From contig JBNRSN020000003.1 of assembly GCA_051313645.2 (NCBI GenBank), positions 417,260,001-417,324,000 of the forward strand: a stretch of 64,000 nt of DNA, given 5' to 3'. The notes below the pieces were generated by a model that was given only the letters and a program-made list of their open reading frames with translations, did not search any database and was not told the DNA's origin. This DNA comes from Centroscyllium fabricii. Its lineage: Eukaryota. This document shows positions 1-10,600 of the stretch, in pieces. How positions within the stretch are numbered: the stretch's first letter is position 1; every line of letters starts with the position of its first letter. The translations under genes were made by a program, and so were the position numbers.

Positions 1-210
1 ATATTTTACTCAATGTTGTGATGTTTCTCCTCGAATGTTATAATCTGACAGAATTCCATTTCATCCATAAAGGTTCCATTTGTATATCCCGGCTGCTTTC
101 AGCCAACTTCCCTGTAGTTTGCGGGCTCAGTATTGAGAAAGGCCGCGGCTTAATTCAAACGTCTGCCCGCTTTCTTTGCAAACGTTCCCCAAACTACATC
201 AAACCCTTTC

Positions 211-470
211 GATAGCAAAATACCGCAGATGCTGGAAATCCGAAATAACAACAGAAAACGCTGGAAAAAAACTCAGCAGGCCAGGCAACATCCGTGGAGA
301 GAGAAATATAGAGTCGACGTTTCAGGTCGGGACCCTTTGTCAAGACTAAAGCATCCTCATTTCCTGGCTGTAGTCTTGACAAAGGGTCCTAACCCGAAAC
401 GTCGACTCTATATTTCTCTCCACGGATGTTGCCTGGCCTGCTGAGTTTTTTCCAGCATTCTCTGTTGTTA
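211..470. mobile_element. Penelope-like element remnant, family A, inverted pair of terminal repeats with two degenerate hammerhead motifs
   Basis: The arms around a short spacer (349-370) are reverse complements. Each arm reads AGTC-TTGACAA-AGGGT..ACC(C/T)-GAAACGTC-GACT (312-347 minus, 372-407 plus). The same family recurs at 1297, 33397, 38670, 50717 and 51756. Confidence 0.65.
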
Positions 471-881
471 CATGAAATCCTTCCCGGATGTGTCTCTCGG
501 TTGCTATACACCGAGGAAGCTCCTTCTGTTCTGTCTCAACAGCTCCCCCCCCCCATCCACCCAGCTTCCAGGGTACAGCTTCGGAGGAAACAGGAACCCA
601 CCTTTCACATCCCAGTGGGCCCTATTCAAAACCAGCTACCCTTCCAACCTCCTTCCATTACTCTTCACATGGAAGTTCCCCCCCCACCCATTATCCTATT
701 GCTGAAAGTGAAAACTATGCAAGATTCCAGCAACCCTGTAAAACTATTTACAATGTGAAGAAATTATAACTTCACTGGAAATAAAACTTCTCAAACTGTT
801 ACAGTAATTTTCAGATATTCCAGAACTTTTCATCGTTCCATTTGGCTTTATTCTTCAATGTACTGAGCCTATTCTGAATGA

Positions 882-1055
882 TGTGGAGGTGCCGGTGTTG
901 GACTGGGGTGGACAAATGTAAGAAGTCACACAACACCAGGTTATAGTCCAACAGTTTTATTTGAAATCACAAGCATTCGGAGCGCTGCTCCGAATGCTTG
1001 TGATTTCAAATAAAGCTGTTGGACTATAACCTGGTGTTGTGTGACTTCTTACGTT
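882..1055. mobile_element. Penelope-like element remnant, family B, folded into a 66-bp-arm palindrome
   Basis: Near-identical to the copies at 21971 and 26984. Hairpin spans 918-1052. Flanked by TATTCTGAATGA (870-881) and TATTCCGAATGA (1056-1067). Confidence 0.65.
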
Positions 1056-1296
1056 TATTCCGAATGAAGTGTAGGCCCAGTAAACGCTCCCTCTCCCCGC
1101 AGGCAGGAACCTTCAGACTGCAGCCAAATCCAACCCCTTTGCACTTGAGCAAAACCCAAGCCAGCGGGTGGGACGGCTCAACAACAGAAAACTCCGAAGA
1201 AGTTTACGTTCAAAGCATGAACTGAGGCGACAGTCGCCGCACCCATTCTCTTTACACACACGAGGAGTCCTGCAAACAACTCGTGGCTAAATTAGC

Positions 1297-1600
1297 GATA
1301 GCAAAATACTGCGGATGCTGGAAATCTGAAATAACAACAGAAAAACGCTGGAGAAACTCAGCAAGCCAGGCAGCATCGGTGGAGAGAGGAGCAGAGTTGA
1401 CGTTTCAGGTCGATGACCTTTCTTCAGAACTGGAGAAGCCAGGAGGGGGGATAGATTTAAAGCTTGTAGGGGCTGAGGAAATGGGGAGGGGCTGAAAGAA
1501 CAAAGGATAGATCAGCGACAGGCTGGAAGGTGGGGGGAGATAAGAGACATTAGGAGAAATTGAGGAAAACAGGATGGCTCTGGATAGGTGTGAACGGCTT
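1297..1600 (-). mobile_element. Penelope-like element remnant, family A
   Basis: Shares GATAGCAAAATAC..GCTGGAAATC.GAAATAACAACAG with 211 and 38670, and contains an intact hammerhead motif. The right boundary is approximate. Confidence 0.6.
1395..1431 (-). ncRNA. Minimal type I hammerhead ribozyme motif (intact core)
   Basis: Minus strand reads AGUU-CUGAAGA-A-AGGUC-AUC-GACCU-GAAA-CGUC-AACU: stem I, CUGANGA, stem II, GAAA, palindromic stem III and a GUC cleavage triplet. Confidence 0.7.
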
Positions 1601-2500
1601 TAGCAGAGTAAAGAATTATTCCTTCAATTTCAACTGTGAAGCCGTCTCCAACATCGAACGGAGTATGCCTGCTGACATTGCAAACTACGAGTTATAACAG
1701 ATCGGGATGGAGTTTATGAGAGGGATTGAGTCCCAATTTTAGAAACATTATTTGTGCTGATGGTGCCAGGGTTGACAACCAACTTACACAACCGAGCATG
1801 TCGCTTGAATCAATGTGCTATTTCTCCATCTGACCTGAACCGAGGTGATTTGGGTTTTCGCTCGGTGCGTCTTAAGGCCCTGTCACACCTAGACGATTAA
1901 GCCAGCGTATGCAAATTTGGCTGATACGCCGGTTTACGTCGGATACGTGATGGGAACGTTATGCATACGTTAAGAGCACTTTGGCATACGCTGGCCATAA
2001 GTTGTATACGTCGTATAAGTCGTGATTTTTTGTGCATGCACAAAAAATCACGACGTATCAATGTTACAATTTATACGTTCCACATACGCTGGCCATACGT
2101 TGCAGGCACGTTAGGCGATCGGTGACACACGTTAGTCATACGTCAAAAGACGTCGAGATAATGACTAGCGTTCCAGGAACTTATGTCTAACCTATGCGTA
2201 ACGTGCTTTGAACTTATGTGTAACGTATCTCCAACATATTTGACGTCTTCCGGTCGACCACAGAACTTACTGAACGTGTTTCTAACTTACAGCTCCTGAG
2301 GAACATCTTAAAAAGCCTTTTCTCCCCACTCACTCTCTCTCTCTCTCTCCCCACTATCTCTCTCTCCCTCGCTCTCTCTCCCGGTCTCTCCCCACTCATT
2401 CACCCTCTCTCTCTCTCTCCATTATATTATTGTACCTTTTCCAAAGTGTATGAATTTATTATTGTTAATTATTGTTTATGATTTAAATATTAAAACAATA

Positions 2501-2660
2501 CAAACATCAAGAGTTTGCTCAACTTTTATTAAATAACTTAACATGATAACATCAACAAACATCAAGAGTTTGCTCAACTTTTATTAAATAACTTAACATG
2601 ATAACAGGAACAAACATCAAGAGTTTGCTCAACTTTTATTAAATAATTTAACATGATAAC
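2501..2660. repeat. Three 55-bp-period direct repeats in the 3' UTR of the MADF gene
   Basis: CAAACATCAAGAGTTTGCTCAACTTTTATTAAATAA.TTAACATGATAAC at 2501, 2556 and 2611. Each copy gives AATAAA on the minus strand. Confidence 0.85.
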
Positions 2661-2765
2661 AATGGTCTAAAAACGTACAGACAAAATGGTTAAAACAATC
2701 TTACTGAAACATCAAAACTATATACAAAATTGCACAAACATGTCAAAAACATTGTCACCTTTTAT

Positions 2766-3503
2766 TCAGTACTCTCCTCTGATGGTGGAAGTGTGTTCAG
2801 CTCCCCACACGGGCTGCTTGCAGCATTTGGGACCACTGGAAAAGCTGAATCCTGAGATATTAAACATCTCAGTATTGTCCAAGGTGCTTTGGCTCTTGCT
2901 CAGTACCTGGTCAGCCGACCCTATAGCAGCAGATGAAGAGGCGGGGCTTGGCTGCTGCGTCATCAGAGGAGGAGGAGGATACTGGAACACATGCTGAGGG
3001 GCAGGAGGCATCATATTGTACTGTGGCATCATCTGCTGGTACTGCGGCTGTTGCATGTACGGTCCACAGACTGACGCAGCTGGTGCCGTGTGTCTCCACC
3101 TGTGGGTATCTTGCTGGAACATCGACGACGCCGTGGGGGTGTAGGTAGCTGGTGCTGAAGCTGATCGCACGGAGATGGGGGTCTCCACCAGCAGCTCAGT
3201 GAAGATGGTGCTGATGCGCAACCTTGCCTCCTGGAATTTGTCGTTGGGCATGCTGACCAGGGTGTCACGCACGTAGTTGGCGAAGGCTGAGGTGGTTGTG
3301 ATGGGCTGAGGCTGCGCCAGATTTCTGAGGATCTCCCCAGTCTCCTGCACCCTTCTATGGATTGACTGCAGCTGCTCATCGTCCTGGGCACGCTTCCCCC
3401 TGGGGACAGGGGAGGGTGTGCTGTCGTCAACCAACACCATCTCTGCACAGGCAGCCTCGCCAGCCTCGAGGTCCCCGCTGTGTGCTGCAATGGTTTCCTT
3501 TAC
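2766..3503 (-). CDS. Transposon MADF/Myb-SANT-like protein, exon 2 (BESS-like helix, P/Q/S-rich tail)
   Basis: Acceptor TTGCAG|GTA at 3504/3503, phase 0, open to a stop at 2766. TSAFANYVRDTLVSMPNDKFQEARLRISTIFTELL resembles a BESS motif. Confidence 0.7.
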   Translation of the reverse strand, partial: VKETIAAHSGDLEAGEAACAEMVLVDDSTPSPVPRGKRAQDDEQLQSIHRRVQETGEILRNLAQPQPITTTSAFANYVRDTLVSMPNDKFQEARLRISTIFTELLVETPISVRSASAPATYTPTASSMFQQDTHRWRHTAPAASVCGPYMQQPQYQQMMPQYNMMPPAPQHVFQYPPPPLMTQQPSPASSSAAIGSADQVLSKSQSTLDNTEMFNISGFSFSSGPKCCKQPVWGAEHTSTIRGEY

Positions 3504-3615
3504 CTGCAATTATGACAAATGATTAGTAAAATACAAAGCAAAAATACGAGGCAAAGTACAGTAAAACTAATATAAATAAATATTATTATGGATATTAATA
3601 TGTGTTTATACTTAC

Positions 3616-4149
3616 ACTGTGGACGGGCTCAGGACGATGGCGGACCACAGTCGTGAGGAAGCCGAACTTTGCCTTCACCCACTGCTCCCTCTCTGTCAGT
3701 TCCTGGGCGCCATCACCGCTTTTCTTCTTGTGGAGACGGGTGTGGGTGTCTCGCAGGGACTTGAACCACCCTTGAAGGTGCTCCACAGTCTTCCCCATGT
3801 CCTTTGCCTGATCCTCCCAGAGCTTTCCCTTCTTGTCCACCCTCCGATAGTCCGTCTTTTTAATGTCCCAGAGGATGGCGTTATCTGAAAGGAAATCCAA
3901 CATCTGCCGCTCCTCCTCAGCAGCAAGACAATACTGTGTCTTCTTGGCCCTCTTCTTCGCAATGGTTGGCTGAGAGGATGTGGAGGCCACGGACGCAGCC
4001 ACAGACGATGCCCGAGAGGCGTTGGAAGCAGCATCCTCTCCGTCAGAGGGTGAGCGTGATGGGAAGGGTGTGGGTGCTGGATCCTCCATGCATCCACGCC
4101 CACGGCCACGAAACTTCCTGGCAGCATTCCTGGAACTTTTCCTAGGCAT
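3616..4149 (-). CDS. Transposon MADF/Myb-SANT-like DNA-binding protein, exon 1
   Basis: ATG at 4149 (MPRKSSR...), basic NLS-like KKRAKK, and a MADF-like segment LDFLSDNAILWD..DY..K.KLWED..W.KSLRD...SG......W....FL. Donor AGT|GTAAGT at 3616/3615. Spliced product is about 423 aa. Confidence 0.8.
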
Positions 4150-4634
4150 TTGTACAGACTTGTCAACAGAACAGACTTCTGAAAGCAGATTTTCATGTAG
4201 AACTGGAATCAGTGTGGGTGGGTGGAGCTGAGCTGCACTTAAAAGTCTAGTGGTATGATTTGAATCGTCCAATGACAGCCTTTGAGTAGGCTACCCCACC
4301 TGATCGTCGGCGATATGCTGGCGCCTGCTAAGCATACGTTATGCATACGTCCAGTACGTTAGACTATCGTTAGGTATACGTTATGCATACGTCCAAAACG
4401 CTAAGAACACGTTGGTACAATTTTCAATAAAGATCGCGGAACGTTCTATGTACGTTACTAATACGTTACGCATACGTTATGTATACGTCCAATACGCTAT
4501 GAATACGCTACTATACAACAAAAATTGAACAAAGTGTCGAAAGTTCAGCGTTTTAGCCTCATTTGCATAGGCTGGCTAAAACGTCTAGGTGTGACAGGGC
4601 CTTACAGGCATATCCTGTACATGTCAAGGATCAT

Positions 4635-7600
4635 TGTTTGGGAGTGGGTAAAGAGCAATATGTTTGGGAGTGGGTAAAGAGCAATATGTTTGGGAGTGGG
4701 TAAAGAGCAATATGTTTGGGAGTGGGTAAAGAACAATATGTTTGGTGGTGGGTAAAGAGCAATATGTTTGGGAGTGGGTAAAGAGCAATATGTTTGGGAG
4801 TGGGTAAAGAACAATATGTTTGGGAGTGGGTAAAGAGCAATATGTTTGGGAGTGGGTAAAGAACAATATGTTTGGTGGTGGGTAAAGAACAATATGTTTG
4901 GGAGTGGGTAAAGAACAATAAGTTTGGGAGTGTGTAAAGGACAATATGTTTGGTGGTGGGTAAAGAACAATATGTTTGGGAGTGGGTAAAGAGCAATATG
5001 TTTGGGAGTGGGTAAAGAACAATATGTTTGGTGGTGGGTAAAGAACAATATGTTTGGGAGTGGGTAAAGAACAATAAGTTTGGGAGTGTGTAAAGGACAA
5101 TATGTTTGGTGGTGGGTAAAGAACAATATGTTTGGGAGTGGGTAAAGAACAATAAGTTTGGGAGTGTGTAAAGGACAATATGTTTGGTGGTGGGTAAAGA
5201 ACAATATGTTTGGGAGTGGGTAAAGAGCAATATGTTTGGGAGTGGGTAAAGAGCAATATGTTTGGTGGTGGGTAAAGAACAATATGTTTGGGAGTGGGTA
5301 AAGAACAATATGTTTGGGAGTGGGTAAAGAACAATATGTTTGGGAGTGGGTAAAGAACAATATGTTTGGGAGTGGGTAAAGAACAATATGTTTGGTGGTG
5401 GGTAAAGAACAATATGTTTGGGAGTGGGTAAAGAACAATATGTTTGGGAGTGGGTAAAGAACAATATGTTTGGGAGTGGGTAAAGAGCAATATGTTTGGT
5501 GGTGGGTAAAGAACAATATGTTTGGTGGTGGGTAAAGAACAATATGTTTGGGAGTGGGTAAAGAACAATATGTTTGGTGGTGGGTAAAGAGCAATATGTT
5601 TGGTGGTGGGTAAAGAGCAATATGTTTGGTGGTGGGTAAAGAACAATATGTTTGGGAGTGGGTAAAGAACAATATGTTTGGGAGTGGGTAAAGAACAATA
5701 TGTTTGGTGGTGGGTAAAGAACAATATGTTTGGGAGTGGGTAAAGAGCAATATGTTTGGGGGTGGGTAAAGAGCAATATGTTTGGTGGTGGGTAAAGAGC
5801 AATATGTTTGGTGGTGGGTAAAGAGCAATATGTTTGGGAGTGGGTAAAGAGCAATATGTTTGGGAGTGGGTAAAGAGCAATACGTTTGGGAGTGGGTAAA
5901 GAGCAATATGTTTGGGAGTGGGTAAAGAGCAATATGTTTGGGAGTGGGTAAAGAGCAATATGTTTGGTGGTGGGTAAAGAGCAACATGTTTGGTGGTGGG
6001 TAAAGGACAATATGTTTGGGAGTGGGTAAAGAACAATATGTTTGGTGGTGGGTAAAGAACAATATGTTTGGTGGTGGGTAAAGAACAATATGTTTGGCGG
6101 TGGGTAAAGAACAATATGTTTGGTGGTGGGTAAAGAACAATATGTTTGGTGGTGGGTAAAGAACAATATGTTGGGAGTGGGTAAAGAACAATATGTTTGG
6201 GAGTGGGTAAAGAACAATATGTTTGGTGGTGGGTAAAGAACAATATGTTTGGTGGTGGGTAAAGAACAATATGTTTGGGAGTGGGTAAAGAGCAATATGT
6301 TTGGGAGTGGGTAAAGAGCAATATGTTTGGGAGTGGGTAAAGAGCAATATGTTTGGGAGTGGGTAAAGAACAATATGTTTGGTAGTGGGTAAAGAACAAT
6401 ATGTTTGGTGGTGGGTAAAGAACAATATGTTTGGGAGTGGGTAAAGAGTAATATGTTTGGTGGTGGGTAAAGAACAATATGTTTGGGAGTGGGTAAAGAA
6501 CAATATGTTTGTTGGTGGGTAAAGAACAATATGTTTGGTGGTGGGTAAAGAACAATATGTTTGGTGGTGGGTAAAGAACAATATGTTTGGTGGTGGGTAA
6601 AGAACAATATGTTTGGGAGTGGGTAAAGAACAATATGTTTGGGAGTGGGTAAAGAGCAATATGTTTGGGAGTGGGTAAAGAGCAATATATTTGGGAGTGG
6701 GTAAAGAACAATATGTTTGGTGGTGGGTAAAGAACAATATGTTTGGGAGTGGGTAAAGAGCAATATGTTTGGTGGTGGGTAAAGAACAATATGTTTGGGA
6801 GTGGGTAAAGAACAATAAGTTTGGGAGTGTGTAAAGGACAATATGTTTGGTGGTGGGTAAAGAACAATATGTTTGGGAGAGGGTAAAGAGCAATATGTTT
6901 GGGAGTGGGTAAAGAGCAATATGTTTGGTGGTGGGTAAAGAACAATATGTTTGGGAGTGGGTAAAGAACAATATGTTTGGGAGTGGGTAAAGAACAATAT
7001 GTTTGGGAGTGGGTAAAGAACAATATGTTTGGGAGTGGGTAAAGAACAATATGTTTGGTGGTGGGTAAAGAACAATATGTTTGGGAGTGGGTAAAGAACA
7101 ATATGTTTGGGAGTGGGTAAAGAACAATATGTTTGGGAGTGGGTAAAGAGCAATATGTTTGGTGGTGGGTAAAGAACAATATGTTTGGTGGTGGGTAAAG
7201 AACAATATGTTTGGGAGTGGGTAAAGAACAATATGTTTGGGAGTGGGTAAAGAACAATATGTTTGGTGGTGGGTAAAGAACAATATGTTTGGGGGTGGGT
7301 AAAGAACAATATGTTTGGGAGTGGGTAAAGAGCAATATGTTTGGGAGTGGGTAAAGAGCAATATGTTTGGGAGTGGGTAAAGAGCAATATGTTTGGGAGT
7401 GGGTAAAGAACAATATGTTTGGGAGTGGGTAAAGAACAATATGTTTGGTAGTGGGTAAAGAACAATATGTTTGGTGGTGGGTAAAGAACAATATGTTTGG
7501 GAGTGGGTAAAGAACAATATGTTTGGTGGTGGGTAAAGAACAATATGTTTGGGAGTGGGTAAAGAACAATATGTTTGTTGGTGGGTAAAGAACAATATGT

Positions 7601-10600
7601 TTGGTGGTGGGTAAAGAACAATATGTTTGGTGGTGGGTAAAGAACAATATGTTTGGTGGTGGGTAAAGAACAATATGTTTGGGAGTGGGTAAAGAACAAT
7701 ATGTTTGAGAGTGGGTAAAGAGCAATATGTTTGGGAGTGGGTAAAGAGCAATATGTTTGGGAGTGGGTAAAGAACAATATGTTTGGTGGTGGGTAAAGAA
7801 CAATATGTTTGGGAGTGGGTAAAGAACAATATGTTTGGTGGTGGGTAAAGAACGATATGTTTGGGAGTGGGTAAAGAGCAATATGTTTGGTGGTGGGTAA
7901 AGAACAATATGTTTGGTGGTGGGTAAAGAACAATATGTTTGGTGGTGGGTAAAGAACAATATGTTTGGGAGTGGGTAAAGAACAATATGTTTGGTGGTGG
8001 GTAAAGAACAATATGTTTGGGAGTGGGTAAAGAACAATATGTTTGGTGGTGGGTAAAGAGCAATATGTTTGGGAGTGGGTAAAGGACAATATGTTTGGGA
8101 GTGGGTAAAGAGCAACATGTTTGGGAGTGGGTAAAGAGCAATATGTTTGGGAGTGGGTAAAGAGCAATATGTTTGGGAGTGGGTAAAGAACAATATGTTT
8201 GGGAGTGGGTAAAGAACAATATGTTTGGTAGTGGGTAAAGAACAATATGTTTGGGAGAGGGTAAAGAACAATATGTTTGGTGGTGGGTAAAGAACAATAT
8301 GTTTGGGAGTGGGTAAAGAACAATATGTTTGGTGGTGGGTAAAGAACAATATGTTTGGTGGTGGGTAAAGAACAATATGTTTGGTGGTGGGTAAAGAGCA
8401 ATATGTTTGGGAGTGGGTAAAGAGCAATATGTTTGGGAGTGGGTAAAGAACAATATGTTTGGTGGTGGGTAAAGAGCAATATGTTTGGGAGTGGGTAAAG
8501 AGCAATATGTTTGGGAGTGGGAAAAGAACAATATGTTTGGGAGTGGGTAAAGAGCAATATGTTTGGGAGTGGGTAAAGAACAATATGTTTGGTGGTGGGT
8601 AAAGAACAATATGTTTGGGAGTGGGTAAAGAACAATATGTTTGGGAGTGGGTAAAGAGCAATATGTTTGGGAGTGGGTAAAGAGCAATATGTTTGGTAGT
8701 GGGTAAAGAACAATATGTTTGGTAGTGGGTAAAGAGCAATATGTTTGGTAGTGGGTAAAGAACAATATGTTTGGGAGTGGGTAAAGAGCAATATGTTTGG
8801 GAGTGGGTAAAGAGCAATATGTTTGTGAGTGGGTAAAGAGCAATATGTTTGGGAGTGGGTAAAGAGCAATATGTTTGGTGGTGGGTAAAGAGCAATATGT
8901 TTGGTGGTGGGTAAAGAGCAATATGTTTGGGAGTGGATAAAGAATAATATGTTTGGGAGTGGGTAAAGAACAATATGTTTGGGAGTGGGTAAAGAACAAT
9001 ATGTTTGGGAGTGGGTAAAGAGCAATATGTTTGGGAGTGGGTAAAGAGCAATATGTTTGGTGGTGGGTAAAGAGCAATATGTTTGGGAGTGGGTAAAGAA
9101 CAATATGTTTGGGAGTGGGTAAAGAGCAATATGTTTGGTGGTGGGTAAAGAGCAATATGTTTGGGAGTGGGTAAAGAACAATATGTTTGGGAGTGGGTAA
9201 AGAACAATATGTTTGGGAGTGGGTAAAGAACAATATGTTTGGGAGTGGGTAAAGAGCAATATGTTTGGGAGTGGGTAAAGAACAATATGTTTGTGAGTGG
9301 GTAAAGAGCAATATGTTTGGGAGTGGGTAAAGAGCAATATGTTTGGGAGTGGGTAAAGAGCAATATGTTTGGGAGTGGGTAAAGAACAATATGTTTGGGA
9401 GTGGGTAAAGAACAATATGTTTGGGAGTGGGTAAAGAGGAATATGTTTGGGAGTGGGTAAAGAACAATATGTTTGGTGGTGGGTAAAGAGCAATATGTTT
9501 GGTGGTGGGTAAAGAGCAATATGTTTGGGAGTGGGTAAAGAGCAATATGTTTGGGAGTGGGTAAAGAACAATATGTTTGTGAGTGGGTAAAGAGCAATAT
9601 GTTTGGTGATGGGTAAAGAGCAATATGTTTGGTGGTGGGTAAAGAACAATATGTTTGGGAGTGGGTAAAGAGCAATATGTTTGGGAGTGGGTAAAGAACA
9701 ATATGTTTGGGAGTGGGTAAAGAACAATATGTTTGGTGGTGGGTAAAGAGCAATATGTTTGGTGGTGGGTAAAGAGCAATATGTTTGGTGGTGGGTAAAG
9801 AACAATATGTTTGGGAGTGGGTAAAGAGCAATATGTTTAGGAGTGGGTAAAGAACAATATGTTTGGGAGTGGGTAAAGAACAATATGTTTGGTGGTGGGT
9901 AAAGAGCAATATGTTTGGTGGTGGGTAAAGAGCAATATGTTTGGTGGTGGGTAAAGAACAATATGTTTGGGAGTGGGTAAAGAGCAATATGTTTGGGAGT
10001 GGGTAAAGAACAATATGTTTGGTGGTGGGTAAAGAACAATATGTTTGGGAGTGGGTAAAGAACAATATGTTTGGGAGTGGGTATAGAACAATATGTTTGG
10101 TGGTGGGTAAAGAACAATATGTTTGGGAGTGGGTAAAGGACAATATGTTTGGGAGTGGGTAAAGAACAATATGTTTGGGAGTGGGTAAAGAACAATATGT
10201 TTGGGAGTGGGTAAAGAACAATATGTTTGGTGGTGGGTAAAGAACAATATGTTTGGGAGTGGGTAAAGAGCAATATGTTTGGGAGTGGGTAAAGAACAAT
10301 ATGTTTGGGAGTGGGTAAAGAACAATATGTTTGGTGGTGGGTAAAGAGCAATATGTTTGGGAGTGGGTAAAGGACAATATGTTTGGGAGTGGGTAAAGAA
10401 CAATATGTTTGGTGGTGGGTAAAGAACAATATGTTTGGTGGTGGGTAAAGAGCAATATGTTTGGGAGTGGGTAAAGAGCAATATGTTTGGGAGTGGGTAA
10501 AGAACAATATGTTTGGTGGTGGGTAAAGAACAATATGTTTGGGAGTGGGTAAAGAGCAATATGTTTGGTGGTGGGTAAAGAACAATATGTTTGGTGGTGG

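Larger units (their letters stand above)
1875..4602. mobile_element. Non-autonomous PIF/Harbinger-like DNA transposon
   Basis: Perfect 23-nt inverted match TAAGGCCCTGTCACACCTAGACG (1873-1895 / 4582-4604), extending imperfectly to about 57 bp. Subterminal ATACG-rich repeats at both ends. Encodes a MADF protein; no transposase ORF seen. Confidence 0.8.

Noticed and set aside
2686-4231. Plus-strand ORFs inside the transposon as a transposase
   Set aside because: They are short antisense shadows of the MADF gene with no DDE-type motifs.
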